The notes under the pieces: generated by a model
Seen by the model: the letters and a program-made list of their open reading frames with translations, nothing else
The model's database searches: none
What the model was told of the DNA's origin: nothing
Position numbers and translations under genes: made by a program
Part shown: positions 8,114 through 17,054 of the stretch, in pieces
Layout of the letters: each line of letters starts with the position of its first letter
Position numbering within the stretch: the stretch's first letter is position 1
From: Betaproteobacteria bacterium
GTDB taxonomy: Bacteria > Bacillota > SHA-98 > UBA4971
Assembly: GCA_050260395.1 (NCBI GenBank)
Contig: JBLNCC010000083.1
Coordinates: forward strand, 17,592 to 81,591
DNA length: 64,000 nucleotides
Reading direction: 5' to 3'

Positions 8114-9618
8114 CTCTCGCGCTTCCACACCGTGCCCGAGGCTGTGTCCTCGAGGACGATCCCCAACTCGCGAAGCCCGTCCCGTATCCTGTCCGCAAGT
8201 GCCCACTCTCTCTTGGCGCGAAGCTCCCCACGCACGTCCACCAAGAGCTTCACGAGGCCGTCCACTGTTTCGGAACCCGTGTTCCTGCCGCCCGCCTCCT
8301 CCTCGCGGAACAGGCCAAGGATGCTGCCAAGCTCCTCCATAGCACCCACCGCAAGCTGAAGCACCGAACGGTCCACCCCGGTGCCTGAGTGCAACGCATC
8401 GTTGACAGACCTCGCGAGGTCGTGGATCGCCGCGAGCGCGACAGCGGTGTTGAAATCATCGTCCATCCCCTGGATGAACTTCTCCCGGGCCTCGCGTGCG
8501 GCTTTGAAGAGCTCATCGCCTGGGGGGCCTTCCGGCCGAGTCGCGCCCTCGGCGGGCACCGCCGGTACTAGCGGCGTTGCCCCGGGCTCCGTGCCTGCCG
8601 CTTGCTCGCCATCCTGGGAGGCCGCGACGCGGCGCCTGGCCGCTTCCAACGTGGCTCGCAGGCGTTCGTAAGCCCTACGGGCCGAATCGAGTTCGTCGGT
8701 GCCGTAGTTCGCCGGGCTGCGATAATGCCTCGACGCGAAATAGTACCTGATAACCCCAGGCTCATACTCGCGCAGCACGTCGCGCACGGCAAAGAAGTTG
8801 CCGAGCGACTTGGACATTTTGGCGTCGCCCACGTTGAGCATGGCGTGGTGGACGAAGTACCGGGCGAAAGGTTCCTGACCTGTATAGGCCTCGGATTGCG
8901 CTATCTCGTTCTCGTGGTGCGGGAATATGAGCTCGTCGCCGCCACCGTGAAAGTCGAACCCGCTTCCCAGGTACTTCAGTGCCAGCGCAGAGCACTCGAT
9001 GTGCCAGCCTGGGCGCCCCGGACCCCACGGGCTTTCCCATGCCGGCTCGCCCGGTTTCGAGGCTTTCCACAGGGCAAAGTCGATCGCGTTCCGCTTTTTC
9101 GGGTTCACTTCCACGCGGGCTCCAGCCAACATCTCGTCCGGGGACCGCCGCGAGAGCTTCCCGTAGCCGGGAAACCGCGCAACGTCGAAAAACACGTCGC
9201 CGTCCGCCTGATAAGCGTAGCCTTTCTCAACGATGCCAGCGATGACACGGATGATGTCCTGTATGTGCTCAGTGACCTTGGGAAACACGTCGGGCCTTTG
9301 GACGCCGAGCTCGTCCATGACATCCAGGAAGTCCTCGTGGTACCGCGTGGCGATCTCCGCCGGTGTGGTGCCCCGCTCGTTTGCTTTGGCGATTATCTTG
9401 TCATCCACGTCCGTGACGTTTTGGACGCAGAAGACCTCGAAGCCCCGCCACTTGAGGTACCGCCTAACCGTGTCCCAGAAAACGTATTGGCGGGCATGAC
9501 CCATGTGCGTGTAATCGTATGGCGTGATGCCGCATTGGTAAATGTCCACCCGCCCCGGAGTGCGAGGGACGAAATCCTGCTTTGTCCTGGTGAGCGTGTT
9601 GTACACGCGCAGCCCCAT
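8110..9618 (-). CDS. cysS: Cysteine--tRNA ligase
   Basis: ORF trimmed to ATG 9618 (AAGGGGGTG 5 nt upstream). Class-I HIGH motif as YTHMGHAR and KMSKS motif as KMSKSLGN. Confidence 0.95.
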   Translation of the reverse strand: MGLRVYNTLTRTKQDFVPRTPGRVDIYQCGITPYDYTHMGHARQYVFWDTVRRYLKWRGFEVFCVQNVTDVDDKIIAKANERGTTPAEIATRYHEDFLDVMDELGVQRPDVFPKVTEHIQDIIRVIAGIVEKGYAYQADGDVFFDVARFPGYGKLSRRSPDEMLAGARVEVNPKKRNAIDFALWKASKPGEPAWESPWGPGRPGWHIECSALALKYLGSGFDFHGGGDELIFPHHENEIAQSEAYTGQEPFARYFVHHAMLNVGDAKMSKSLGNFFAVRDVLREYEPGVIRYYFASRHYRSPANYGTDELDSARRAYERLRATLEAARRRVAASQDGEQAAGTEPGATPLVPAVPAEGATRPEGPPGDELFKAAREAREKFIQGMDDDFNTAVALAAIHDLARSVNDALHSGTGVDRSVLQLAVGAMEELGSILGLFREEEAGGRNTGSETVDGLVKLLVDVRGELRAKREWALADRIRDGLRELGIVLEDTASGTVWKRER

Positions 9619-9732
9619 TTTGGCACCCCCTTGCGTGCCCTCCAGATTCCGCCGAGCCCGTGTTCGGCTTATGAATTGCCCAATACGCCAGGAATGCGGG
9701 AATTCCTCCCGCACCGTCCGGCCTCCTACCCT

Positions 9733-10590
9733 TCATTTCTCGTTGAGGATTTCAATCGCCACGGGAGCGACTCCCGGCCCGATGAGATCGATGGCCTCGG
9801 CGGCGGCTTTCGAGAGATCGATGTCACGGCCGGCGATATACGGGCCCCTGTTGTTGATCCTGACCGTGACCTGTTTCCCATTGGAGAGGTTGGTCACTCG
9901 AACGAGGGTCCCGAACGGCAGAGTCCTGTGAGCGGCGGTCAAGCTGTTTTGGTCGTAGACCTCGCCCGTGGCCGTCGGCCGCCCGTGCCAGCGCGCCCCG
10001 TACCACGAGGCACGCCCGATGAGCACAGACCTTCCTCTCTCTCCGTCGAGGGACACGAGGTGAGCGCCATCTTCGCTCAGCACGGAGACACCGGAGGCGG
10101 CTCGGATATTGTTGGCCCACCGCAACGCCAGGTCGTAACACGAGCTCCCGTTCGCGGTGCCATGCTGAGGGTCCACCGTGACGATGAGCCGGTCCCCGGC
10201 CGCCACCGCGAAGCTGCCTCGCACGATGGCGGGCTTCACAGCCTCCGGCCCTGCATCCTCAAGGCCCTTGCGAAGCCTCTCAGAAACGGCGCGCGCCCGC
10301 TCTTCAGCGGACATGCCGCCCGATCCCGCCCGGATGCGGATCACAACCTGGCCGCTCACAGTCACCTCCCACACCCCGGCCTCACTCGCCGACTCCACAA
10401 CCCCAACCGCGAGAGCACGTGGCGCCGTGCGCGCCGGCCAGTTCACCGCGGCGAGCCAGCCACAGGTGAGCAGCGCAACGGCGACCAGACGCATCAAGCG
10501 GGCCGTCGCAGGCACAGAGGCTTTTCCGGCCGCGCGCGCATCGCCACGCACCCGGGCGTCCGGACAGCAAGCGAAGAAACCTAGACTCAT
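9733..10590 (-). CDS. RlpA-like (DPBB / septal ring lytic transglycosylase family) secreted protein
   Basis: C-terminal DPBB domain: ASWYG...HGRPTATGEVYDQNSLTAAHRTLPFGTLVRVTNLSNGKQVTVRINNRGPY. ATG 10590 overlaps the murA stop as ATGA. ATG 10494, directly before the signal-like MRLVAVALLTCGWLAAV, is an alternative start. Confidence 0.75.
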   Translation of the reverse strand: MSLGFFACCPDARVRGDARAAGKASVPATARLMRLVAVALLTCGWLAAVNWPARTAPRALAVGVVESASEAGVWEVTVSGQVVIRIRAGSGGMSAEERARAVSERLRKGLEDAGPEAVKPAIVRGSFAVAAGDRLIVTVDPQHGTANGSSCYDLALRWANNIRAASGVSVLSEDGAHLVSLDGERGRSVLIGRASWYGARWHGRPTATGEVYDQNSLTAAHRTLPFGTLVRVTNLSNGKQVTVRINNRGPYIAGRDIDLSKAAAEAIDLIGPGVAPVAIEILNEK

Positions 10591-11858
10591 GGATCATCCC
10601 CGTCCTTGATCCTCTTCACGCGGGCCCCCAATGAGGCGAGCTTCTCTTCTATCCGGTCGTACCCTCTATCTATGTGGTGAATCTCGCGGATCTCCGTGTC
10701 GCCCTCGGCAACGAGGCCCGCAAGCACCAAAGCGGCCCCTCCGCGAATGTCCCTCGGGCATTCCACCGGAGCGCCAGTGAGTTTCTCGACGCCCCTCACG
10801 ATTATCGTGTCTCTGTCCACCTGAAGGTCCGCGCCCATCCTGCGGAGCTCATCAGCGTAGCCGAACCTGTTCTCGAACCGGGTCTCAGTAACCGCGCTCA
10901 CTCCCGCGGCACGCGTCATCATCGCGACGAACTGCGGCTGGAGGTCTGTGGGAAACCCGGGATACGGCTGAGTCTCGACGTTCACCGCGTTACAACGCTC
11001 GGGCCCGCGAACCCGAAGAACGGACTGGTACTCGTCGACGAGGGCCCCCGCGGCCTGAAGCTGGATGATGACTGTCCTCAGGTGTTCCGGCACGGCGTTC
11101 TCGATGGTCACATCGCCGCGCGTCATGGCAGCCGCTATGGCGAGCGTGCCCGCTTCCAGCCTGTCGGGGATGATCTCGTGTCTCGCAGAGGATAATCGAT
11201 CGACGCCGTCGATCCTTATAGTGCTCGTGCCCGCGCCGCGTATGCGCGCGCCCATCGAGTTCAATAGAATCGCGAGATCGACGATTTCCGGATCGCGAGC
11301 GGCGTTTTCCAGGATGGTGGTGCCCTCCGCAAGGCTCGCGGCAAGCAGCATGTTAACGGTTGTGCCGTGGCTTGCCTTGCCCACATAGAAACTGGTCCCC
11401 CGAAGCCTCTTCGCCCGCAGCTTTACGTACCCGTGCTCGACCGCAACCTCGGCTCCGAGGGCCCTGAACCCATCGAGATGAAAGTTGATCCCCCTTGCGC
11501 CTATGACGTCCCCGCCGGGGAACGGAACCTCCGCGGCTCCAAGGCGCGCCAGCAACAGCCCCGCCGCGTAAAACGACGCCCGTAGGCGCCTCACGAGCTC
11601 GTACGAAGGCCGGTGGTTCGTGATGCTACAGCCGTCAACTTCTACCTTGCCTGGCCCCAGGAATCGTATCTTGGCCCCGAGCTCCTCCAAGATCTGGCAT
11701 TGAATCAGAGTATCCGTGTAGTTGGGGACGTTATCAAGAACGGTTCTCCCGGCACCGAGCGCCGCCCCGGCGAGGATCGCGAGAGCGCTGTTCTTGGAGC
11801 CGGTCAGCCGAACCGAACCCGAAAGCCTGTTTCCCCCGGTCACCACCAGCTTTGCCAC
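10587..11858 (-). CDS. murA: UDP-N-acetylglucosamine 1-carboxyvinyltransferase MurA
   Basis: ORF 10587..12008 trimmed to GTG 11858 (GGAGG 7 nt upstream). N-terminus VAKLVVTGGNRLSGSVRLTGSKNSALAILAGA is typical of MurA. 423 aa. Confidence 0.92.
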   Translation of the reverse strand: MAKLVVTGGNRLSGSVRLTGSKNSALAILAGAALGAGRTVLDNVPNYTDTLIQCQILEELGAKIRFLGPGKVEVDGCSITNHRPSYELVRRLRASFYAAGLLLARLGAAEVPFPGGDVIGARGINFHLDGFRALGAEVAVEHGYVKLRAKRLRGTSFYVGKASHGTTVNMLLAASLAEGTTILENAARDPEIVDLAILLNSMGARIRGAGTSTIRIDGVDRLSSARHEIIPDRLEAGTLAIAAAMTRGDVTIENAVPEHLRTVIIQLQAAGALVDEYQSVLRVRGPERCNAVNVETQPYPGFPTDLQPQFVAMMTRAAGVSAVTETRFENRFGYADELRRMGADLQVDRDTIIVRGVEKLTGAPVECPRDIRGGAALVLAGLVAEGDTEIREIHHIDRGYDRIEEKLASLGARVKRIKDGDDP

Positions 11859-12018
11859 GACCACCCCTCCACAGCTCCGCGTCCCACACCGAGGCACGAC
11901 CGCCGCCCGGCCGGTCGCAGCCGGCCAACCGCGCCCACAACAGCCTTCGAAACCAAGTCGCGCGTCCCGGATTCCCGGATCCTCGGCTCCGAGATCCCCG
12001 GATATCACATCACGGCAC

Positions 12019-12789
12019 CTATATCACACTATAGCCGACGGCGAGCTGCTCCGGGCCGTCGACAAGGGCGTGACCGAAGCGTCCGAAAATAGCCACCGAC
12101 ACCCTGCCATCCCCGCGCACGGCAGCCAGCTTGAATCCTCCGCCAAGCCCGGGGTTGATGAGAGAAAGCTGTATGTAGGCGTCCCTCACCGCGTTGGAGA
12201 CCGCGATCTTCTCGCGCGCGTCCTCTGAGATCACTCCGAGAGCGACGGCAGCGGCGATCATGCTTTCGCGCAGCTTCGCCGCCAGGCGGTCCGCGCTGGC
12301 GCCGACCTGCGTGATGGCGCCCCTGTACCCGTATCCCCGTACCTTTTCCAGCCAGTATTTCTCATACTCCCGACTGCGGGTCATCACGAGGTATATGGAC
12401 GCGGATTCCACCGAGATCTTGGTGACCTCCTCGTCCTCCGCCATTCCTTTGACGATGTCCCTCGGGGATACGACCCCCGCGAGCTCGCCCTCGCTATCCA
12501 CGACCACCAGGGCTGGAGCGTTCGAGTCGCCAAGAAACGAACACGCTTCCGAAACGGTACACTCATCCGACACCTTGATGAGTCTCGTGTCCATCACGTC
12601 CCGTGCCACCAAGGCTTCCTGGGCTGGGGTGAGGAGATCCCTGTCAGATATGATGCCGATCACCCGGCCGGGCTCGGTCACGAGAAGGAAGTTAGTGCGG
12701 CTATTCAGCATCACTCTTCGGAGTTCTCCGACGGGCGTGTCGGGCCCGACCGTCACCGGATTCGCGTTCATTATCCGCTTTACTGTCAC
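12019..12789 (-). CDS. CBS-pair domain protein with uncharacterised C-terminal domain
   Basis: Two CBS repeats: IMNANPVTVGPDTPV...GIISDRDLL and VMDTRLIKVSDECTV...GVVSPRDIV. I did not recognise the ~130 aa C-terminal part. GTG 12789 has GGGAGG 8 nt upstream. Confidence 0.75.
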   Translation of the reverse strand: MTVKRIMNANPVTVGPDTPVGELRRVMLNSRTNFLLVTEPGRVIGIISDRDLLTPAQEALVARDVMDTRLIKVSDECTVSEACSFLGDSNAPALVVVDSEGELAGVVSPRDIVKGMAEDEEVTKISVESASIYLVMTRSREYEKYWLEKVRGYGYRGAITQVGASADRLAAKLRESMIAAAVALGVISEDAREKIAVSNAVRDAYIQLSLINPGLGGGFKLAAVRGDGRVSVAIFGRFGHALVDGPEQLAVGYSVI

Positions 12790-12794
12790 CTGTT

Positions 12795-14126
12795 CTACCT
12801 CCCGGATCGCTCATTTCGTATCGAGACAAACCTAGACCCTGTTAGTTTGAACCGTCGCGATTCCGTGCGCCGAACGCTGCACGTCGCATGACAAGCCATG
12901 CCTTCACCGCGCCCAACGAACCCCATCCCCTCCATGGTAGTGGCCTTTATGCTCACGCATCCAACGGGCACCCCCAACACGCGCGCCACCGTCTCCCGCA
13001 TGGCGGGCACATAAGGCGCTATCTTGGGCCGCTCGGCAAGGAGCATCGCGTCCACGTTGTTCACGACGTAACCTGCCCCTTCCACTAGCCGTCGAACCCT
13101 TTCAAGAATGACCGCGCTGGATATCCCCTCGGACGCCGGGTCAGTATCAGGGAAGAGGCGGCCGATGTCGCCGAGCGCGCACGCGCCCAACACGGCGTCG
13201 GCGATGGCGTGGAGAATGACATCGGCGTCGGAATGTCCCTCAAGCCCGAGTTCGAAAGGCACAGCAACCCCGCCCAGAACGAGGGCCCTCCCGCGAACCA
13301 GCCTGTGCACATCGAACCCGATCCCCACCCTGACCCGTGGCTCGCGGTCGGCTACGCCCTCAGGCGCACCTCCCGCCCGGAACCCCGGGTCCCGCCTTTC
13401 TTCAGCGGCAGGCGCTGGACCGCCTTCCGGAATCCGGTTCATCTTCATCGCCGCGAGCAGCGCTTCCGCGATCACGAGATCCTCGGGGGTGGTGATCTTG
13501 ATATTAGCGTATTCCCCTTGGACCACTTTGACTCTCACGCCTGTCCTCTCCACCAGCATCGAGTCATCGGTCGCCGGAACGCCGCCGCACGCCCCAGTCT
13601 TGTGCGCATCCTCTATCACGTCCCTGCGAAAAGCCTGCGGAGTCGCTGCGGCCCACAAGGAATCGCGGTCAAGCGTCGACACGACTTCGTCGCCACACAC
13701 CATTTTGGTCGTATCTCTCACCGGGACCGCGACGATCGCCGCTGCGGATGCGCGTGCTGCCTCCACGACGCGCGAGATCGTGTGAGGGCGAATCAAAGGC
13801 CGTGCGCCGTCGTGGACGACTACGATGTCGCATCCGGCATCGACGTGGGCGAGCCCGCGGAAGACCGATTCCTGCCGCGTGGCGCCTCCGGCCACGACGT
13901 CCCTTACCTTGGAGATCTCGCTCCAAGTGCCCACGAGGCCTCGCGTCGGCTCAACCTCGCGAGGTGCCACGATGACGATCACGTCATCGACACAACGGCA
14001 TTCTTCGAATGCCCGAAGGGTGTGGCGCAACACGGGCTCGCCGAGGAGGGGCAGAAACACCTTGTTGAGCCCCGCTTTCATCCTACGGCCCGCTCCGGCC
14101 GCGGCTATCAGAGCACACACGCTCAC
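12795..14126 (-). CDS. ispDF: Bifunctional IspD/IspF (MEP cytidylyltransferase fused to MEcPP synthase)
   Basis: N-terminal IspD features: AAGAGRRM, VHDGARP. A ~35 aa Pro/Gly/Arg linker follows. C-terminal IspF features: IGFDVHRL, GHSDADVILHAIADA, ATTMEGMGFVGRGEG. It is one uninterrupted ORF. Confidence 0.9.
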   Translation of the reverse strand: MSVCALIAAAGAGRRMKAGLNKVFLPLLGEPVLRHTLRAFEECRCVDDVIVIVAPREVEPTRGLVGTWSEISKVRDVVAGGATRQESVFRGLAHVDAGCDIVVVHDGARPLIRPHTISRVVEAARASAAAIVAVPVRDTTKMVCGDEVVSTLDRDSLWAAATPQAFRRDVIEDAHKTGACGGVPATDDSMLVERTGVRVKVVQGEYANIKITTPEDLVIAEALLAAMKMNRIPEGGPAPAAEERRDPGFRAGGAPEGVADREPRVRVGIGFDVHRLVRGRALVLGGVAVPFELGLEGHSDADVILHAIADAVLGACALGDIGRLFPDTDPASEGISSAVILERVRRLVEGAGYVVNNVDAMLLAERPKIAPYVPAMRETVARVLGVPVGCVSIKATTMEGMGFVGRGEGMACHATCSVRRTESRRFKLTGSRFVSIRNERSGR

Positions 14127-14204
14127 GCACCTACACCCCTCACCACTCTCAAACGGGCCCGAGGAAACCCTGGGCCCGCGGCGCCCTTCGCCCGGTTCGC
14201 TCGC

Positions 14205-15314
14205 TCACATGTTTTTCGGCTTGGCGAATATCATCCTGCCTGCTGAGGTCTGGAGCACGCTGGTGACGGTGACCCCGATGTCCTCCCCGATGTACCGCCT
14301 ACCCCCGTCAACAACGATCATCGTGCCGTCATCGAGATACCCCACGCCTTGGCCGACCTCCTTCCCGTCACGGATGACGTGGACGGTCATCTCCTCGCCA
14401 GGAAGAACCATAGGCTTTAGAGCGTTAGCGAGCTCGTTGATGTTCAGAACCTTGACGCCCCGGAGTTCCGCGACCTTGTTGAGATTGAAGTCGTTCGTGA
14501 TGATCTTCGCACCGAGATCCGCGGCGAGCCTCAAAAGCTTCGAATCCACGTCGAGGCCCTCGCCTGGGTCCGTGTCGACGATCTGGATTTGGACGCCCTC
14601 CTCTTTCTGCATGCCGTTGAGGACGTCAAGGCCCCGACGACCCCTGTTACGTTTGAGTGGATCCGACGAATCCGCTATCCGTTGGAGTTCCTCAAGAACA
14701 AACGTCGGGACAATAAGAGTCCCTTCAATAAAGCCGCTCTTGCAGATGTCCAGGATCCGGCCATCGATGATGACGCTCGTGTCAAGCACTTTACAACTAG
14801 ACGGGCTTTGGTGTCTCCCGCTCCTCTCTCTCGAGGTCGTCACCGCTCGCTCCACAGAGCGCGGGACCGCCATGAAGAGGTTGAGCAAGTCTTCCCGCTT
14901 CTTCACGGCGACGTGCATCCCGAGGTAGCCCATGAAGAGCGTGAAACCTATCGGAAGGTATACCCCTATGTAAGGCAGCTGAGAGAAAGGCAACGTTACC
15001 AGGACGGCGATGAGAAGGCCGACTATGGCACCGAACGCGCCCACCACAAGGTCTTGAGTGGGCGTCCTGTGAAGGTTGGATTCCATCCTCGACGTAATTC
15101 TGCGGAGACCCTGAGTGGCTAAGGGCGCGACTAGGAGACCAAGCAGCCCGCCGCCGGACGCCACGAGAACGAAAACCGCCGCATCATTGCCTGTTCCGAG
15201 GGCCGCTGGCGCGACTCCCCCCATTATCCGGTACACGAGAATGCCCAGAAACGACCCGCCTACTAGGAAGATCAGGCGGATTAGCCTGTCAAGCACGCGA
15301 TTTCTCACCTCCAT
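14205..15314 (-). CDS. yacL: PIN/TRAM-domain membrane protein (YacL family)
   Basis: Four N-terminal TM segments, then a PIN domain (VLDTSVIIDGRI...ITNDFNLNKVA), then a TRAM-like C-terminus (VGYLDDGTMIVV). ATG 15314 was chosen to give ~369 aa. Upstream in-frame alternatives exist up to 15416. Confidence 0.8.
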   Translation of the reverse strand: MEVRNRVLDRLIRLIFLVGGSFLGILVYRIMGGVAPAALGTGNDAAVFVLVASGGGLLGLLVAPLATQGLRRITSRMESNLHRTPTQDLVVGAFGAIVGLLIAVLVTLPFSQLPYIGVYLPIGFTLFMGYLGMHVAVKKREDLLNLFMAVPRSVERAVTTSRERSGRHQSPSSCKVLDTSVIIDGRILDICKSGFIEGTLIVPTFVLEELQRIADSSDPLKRNRGRRGLDVLNGMQKEEGVQIQIVDTDPGEGLDVDSKLLRLAADLGAKIITNDFNLNKVAELRGVKVLNINELANALKPMVLPGEEMTVHVIRDGKEVGQGVGYLDDGTMIVVDGGRRYIGEDIGVTVTSVLQTSAGRMIFAKPKNM

Positions 15315-15595
15315 TCCGCCCAAGACAGTTGATCGCCCCCTGGGGCTCCGGGGGCGCATGAGGTTCTGCGATATCTCACGCTGGTTGTCGGGGTTATTAT
15401 GGGAATTGCGCGCCACTGATATCCGTGCCTCGCTCGCAAGTCGTCCCGCGTCGCGGCCCTCGCGTGATGGGGCTCCCCAGGCTTCATATCGGCTCGGCTC
15501 GGCTCGGTGGTCGCGGAGCCAGAGCGCCGGGATCGACCTCTCTAAACTTTGTAAACGCGCCTGAGGGTGGGTAGGTTCCCCCGCGCGTCCCCAGG

Positions 15596-16078
15596 CTATT
15601 GCAGGACCTCCTCGATAGCCTTGAGCACTTCGGCCTCTTCGGCTTCTTGGGCCACGACCAGCTCGCTCACGAGAATCTGCTTCGCGTTGTCGAGCATCCG
15701 TCGCTCGCCCGTGGACAGGCCCTTCTCTCGGTCGCGGTAGGCGAGGTTCCTTACAACCTCGGCCACCGCGAACACGTCGCCGCTCTTCATCTTTTCGAGG
15801 TTGGCGCGGTACCTGCGGTTCCAGTTTGAGGACATTTTCGTCTTGGCCCCACCCAGTATCTCGTACACCTTCTTGACGTCTTCCTCGCTTATCACGCTCC
15901 GGAGGCCGACTTCGCGGGCGTTGTTGAGCGGAACCATGACCCTCATGTCACCAAGCGGGATGCGAAGAATGTAGTATTTCTGCCTTTCGCCGAGGACCTC
16001 CCTTTCTTCGACAGCCTCGATGACGCCAGCCCCGTGCATTGGGTAGACCACTTTGTCGCCGACGTTGAACACGGCCAT
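15596..16078 (-). CDS. carD: CarD-family transcriptional regulator
   Basis: ORF trimmed to ATG 16078. Sequence FNVGDKVVYPMHGAGVIEAVEEREVLGERQKYYILRI is the CarD/TRCF RNAP-interaction domain. 160 aa. Confidence 0.88.
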   Translation of the reverse strand: MAVFNVGDKVVYPMHGAGVIEAVEEREVLGERQKYYILRIPLGDMRVMVPLNNAREVGLRSVISEEDVKKVYEILGGAKTKMSSNWNRRYRANLEKMKSGDVFAVAEVVRNLAYRDREKGLSTGERRMLDNAKQILVSELVVAQEAEEAEVLKAIEEVLQ

Positions 16079-16393
16079 GTTCCCCCCAATCACACGTCGC
16101 CGCCCCAGCCCGGACCGAGTCCCGACCCGGACACCTGCCCCGGCGGGCTCGTCAGAACCAAGACACCCCCGCCGGAAGAGGGCCGCCGCCACGCGGACGA
16201 TGCCCGTTGCCCGCCGCGTGCCGCTCACCGCAAGCCCGCGCGAGACTCAAATAGGAGGACAACAACGGAATCGTGAGCACTTCCTGCTTTTTGATTCTAA
16301 CACGGACGCCTTCAGGGTGTCAATTGAATACCATCTGCTTACAGCGCTGGTATCGCCTGTTAGACCGCCCGTATTTCCAATGGCCCTCTAACA

Positions 16394-16423
16394 TTGACAA
16401 CCCGAGAAACGCGTCAGTATAAT
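16394..16423 (+). promoter_or_regulatory. Near-consensus sigma-A promoter (TTGACA-N18-TATAAT)
   Basis: TTGACA at 16394-16399 and TATAAT at 16418-16423. It faces the 16625..17020 ORF and leaves a ~195 nt leader. Confidence 0.6.
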
Positions 16424-16624
16424 TGAGTCGTGACCGCTGGGCTCGGAGCTGTCAAGTGGCGACGCCTCATCGATCGGGCCTTGACGAGACCTGGTCTTGA
16501 CAAAGCATGTTCCGCTTGAGGCGCCGTCCTCGGAGGCGACGCCGGCAACCTGGCAACCGCTGGCAGTCAATGGGAGAAGAGCCAACGCACCCTCTCGCAC
16601 ACTCTGCGAAGCGAGGTGACACGG

Positions 16625-17020
16625 GTGGAACACGTTGATGTCCCGTCCTTTCAAGAGGCGGTCTCAGAGTATCTGATAAGGCACAGGAGCATTCTCGACT
16701 GCATCTCCAAGTTTGACGAGGCATCCGCGCGGGTCAATCGCGCGATAATCAAGGCGGTCACGAATTGCGGGTGCGTGAAGATATCCGCTTCCCGCCAGAC
16801 GTTCCCGCCAGACGCTTCCCTGGCTGACCTGAGGAAGTACACCGCTTCGCATCTCGATGGCAAGCTATGCCCCGAATGCCGCGAAGTCGTCGAAAGCGAG
16901 CTCGGCAGAGCGCTGTTCTATATGGCAGCGCTGTGCGATCTCTTGGATCTTGACCTGGAACACATCATGGAGATAGAGCGCAGCAGGCTATCGACCCTGG
17001 GTGTTTTCGGCCTGACCTGA
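16625..17020 (+). CDS. Hypothetical Cys-rich protein (CGC ... CPEC), unknown function
   Basis: ORF 16616..17020. GTG 16625 preferred (GAGGTG 6 nt upstream). Four Cys occur as NCGCV and LCPEC. The C-terminal helix ELGRALFYMAALCDLLDLDLEHIMEIE resembles MazG-like helices. Coding-like codon bias. Confidence 0.6.
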   Translation: MEHVDVPSFQEAVSEYLIRHRSILDCISKFDEASARVNRAIIKAVTNCGCVKISASRQTFPPDASLADLRKYTASHLDGKLCPECREVVESELGRALFYMAALCDLLDLDLEHIMEIERSRLSTLGVFGLT

Positions 17021-17054
17021 TGACTTGAGGCCTCCCCTTCCGTTTCGGGGGTCT

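Noticed and set aside
9619-9732. T-box leaders upstream of cysS (9619-9732) and argS (52084-52207).
   Set aside because: The intergenic spaces are only ~110-125 nt. They lack the AGAGA/specifier/T-box (GGTGGTACCGCG) elements. The genes appear to be transcribed with their upstream neighbours or from simple promoters.
8602-10584. 660-aa plus-strand ORF, plus other very long antisense ORFs: 943..1971 (minus strand), 25104..26210 (plus), 25514..26773 (plus), 33316..34671 (plus), 45402..46424 (plus), 54832..55752 (minus), 59018..59965 (plus).
   Set aside because: All lie antisense to genes with unmistakable conserved motifs (cysS, clpC, cyclase, rho, SBP, V-ATPase B). They have Arg/Pro/Gly/His-rich shadow composition typical of GC-rich genomes, and no recognisable domains.
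15490-15507. Pentanucleotide tandem repeat CGGCT x3 between carD and yacL.
   Set aside because: It is very short, GC-rich, and compatible with chance or slippage. No associated structure or motif is present.
17021-17054. Bidirectional terminator between the Cys-rich ORF and disA.
   Set aside because: There is only a 4-5 bp CCCC/GGGG stem with a 9-nt loop and a poor U-tract on either strand. This is too weak to call.
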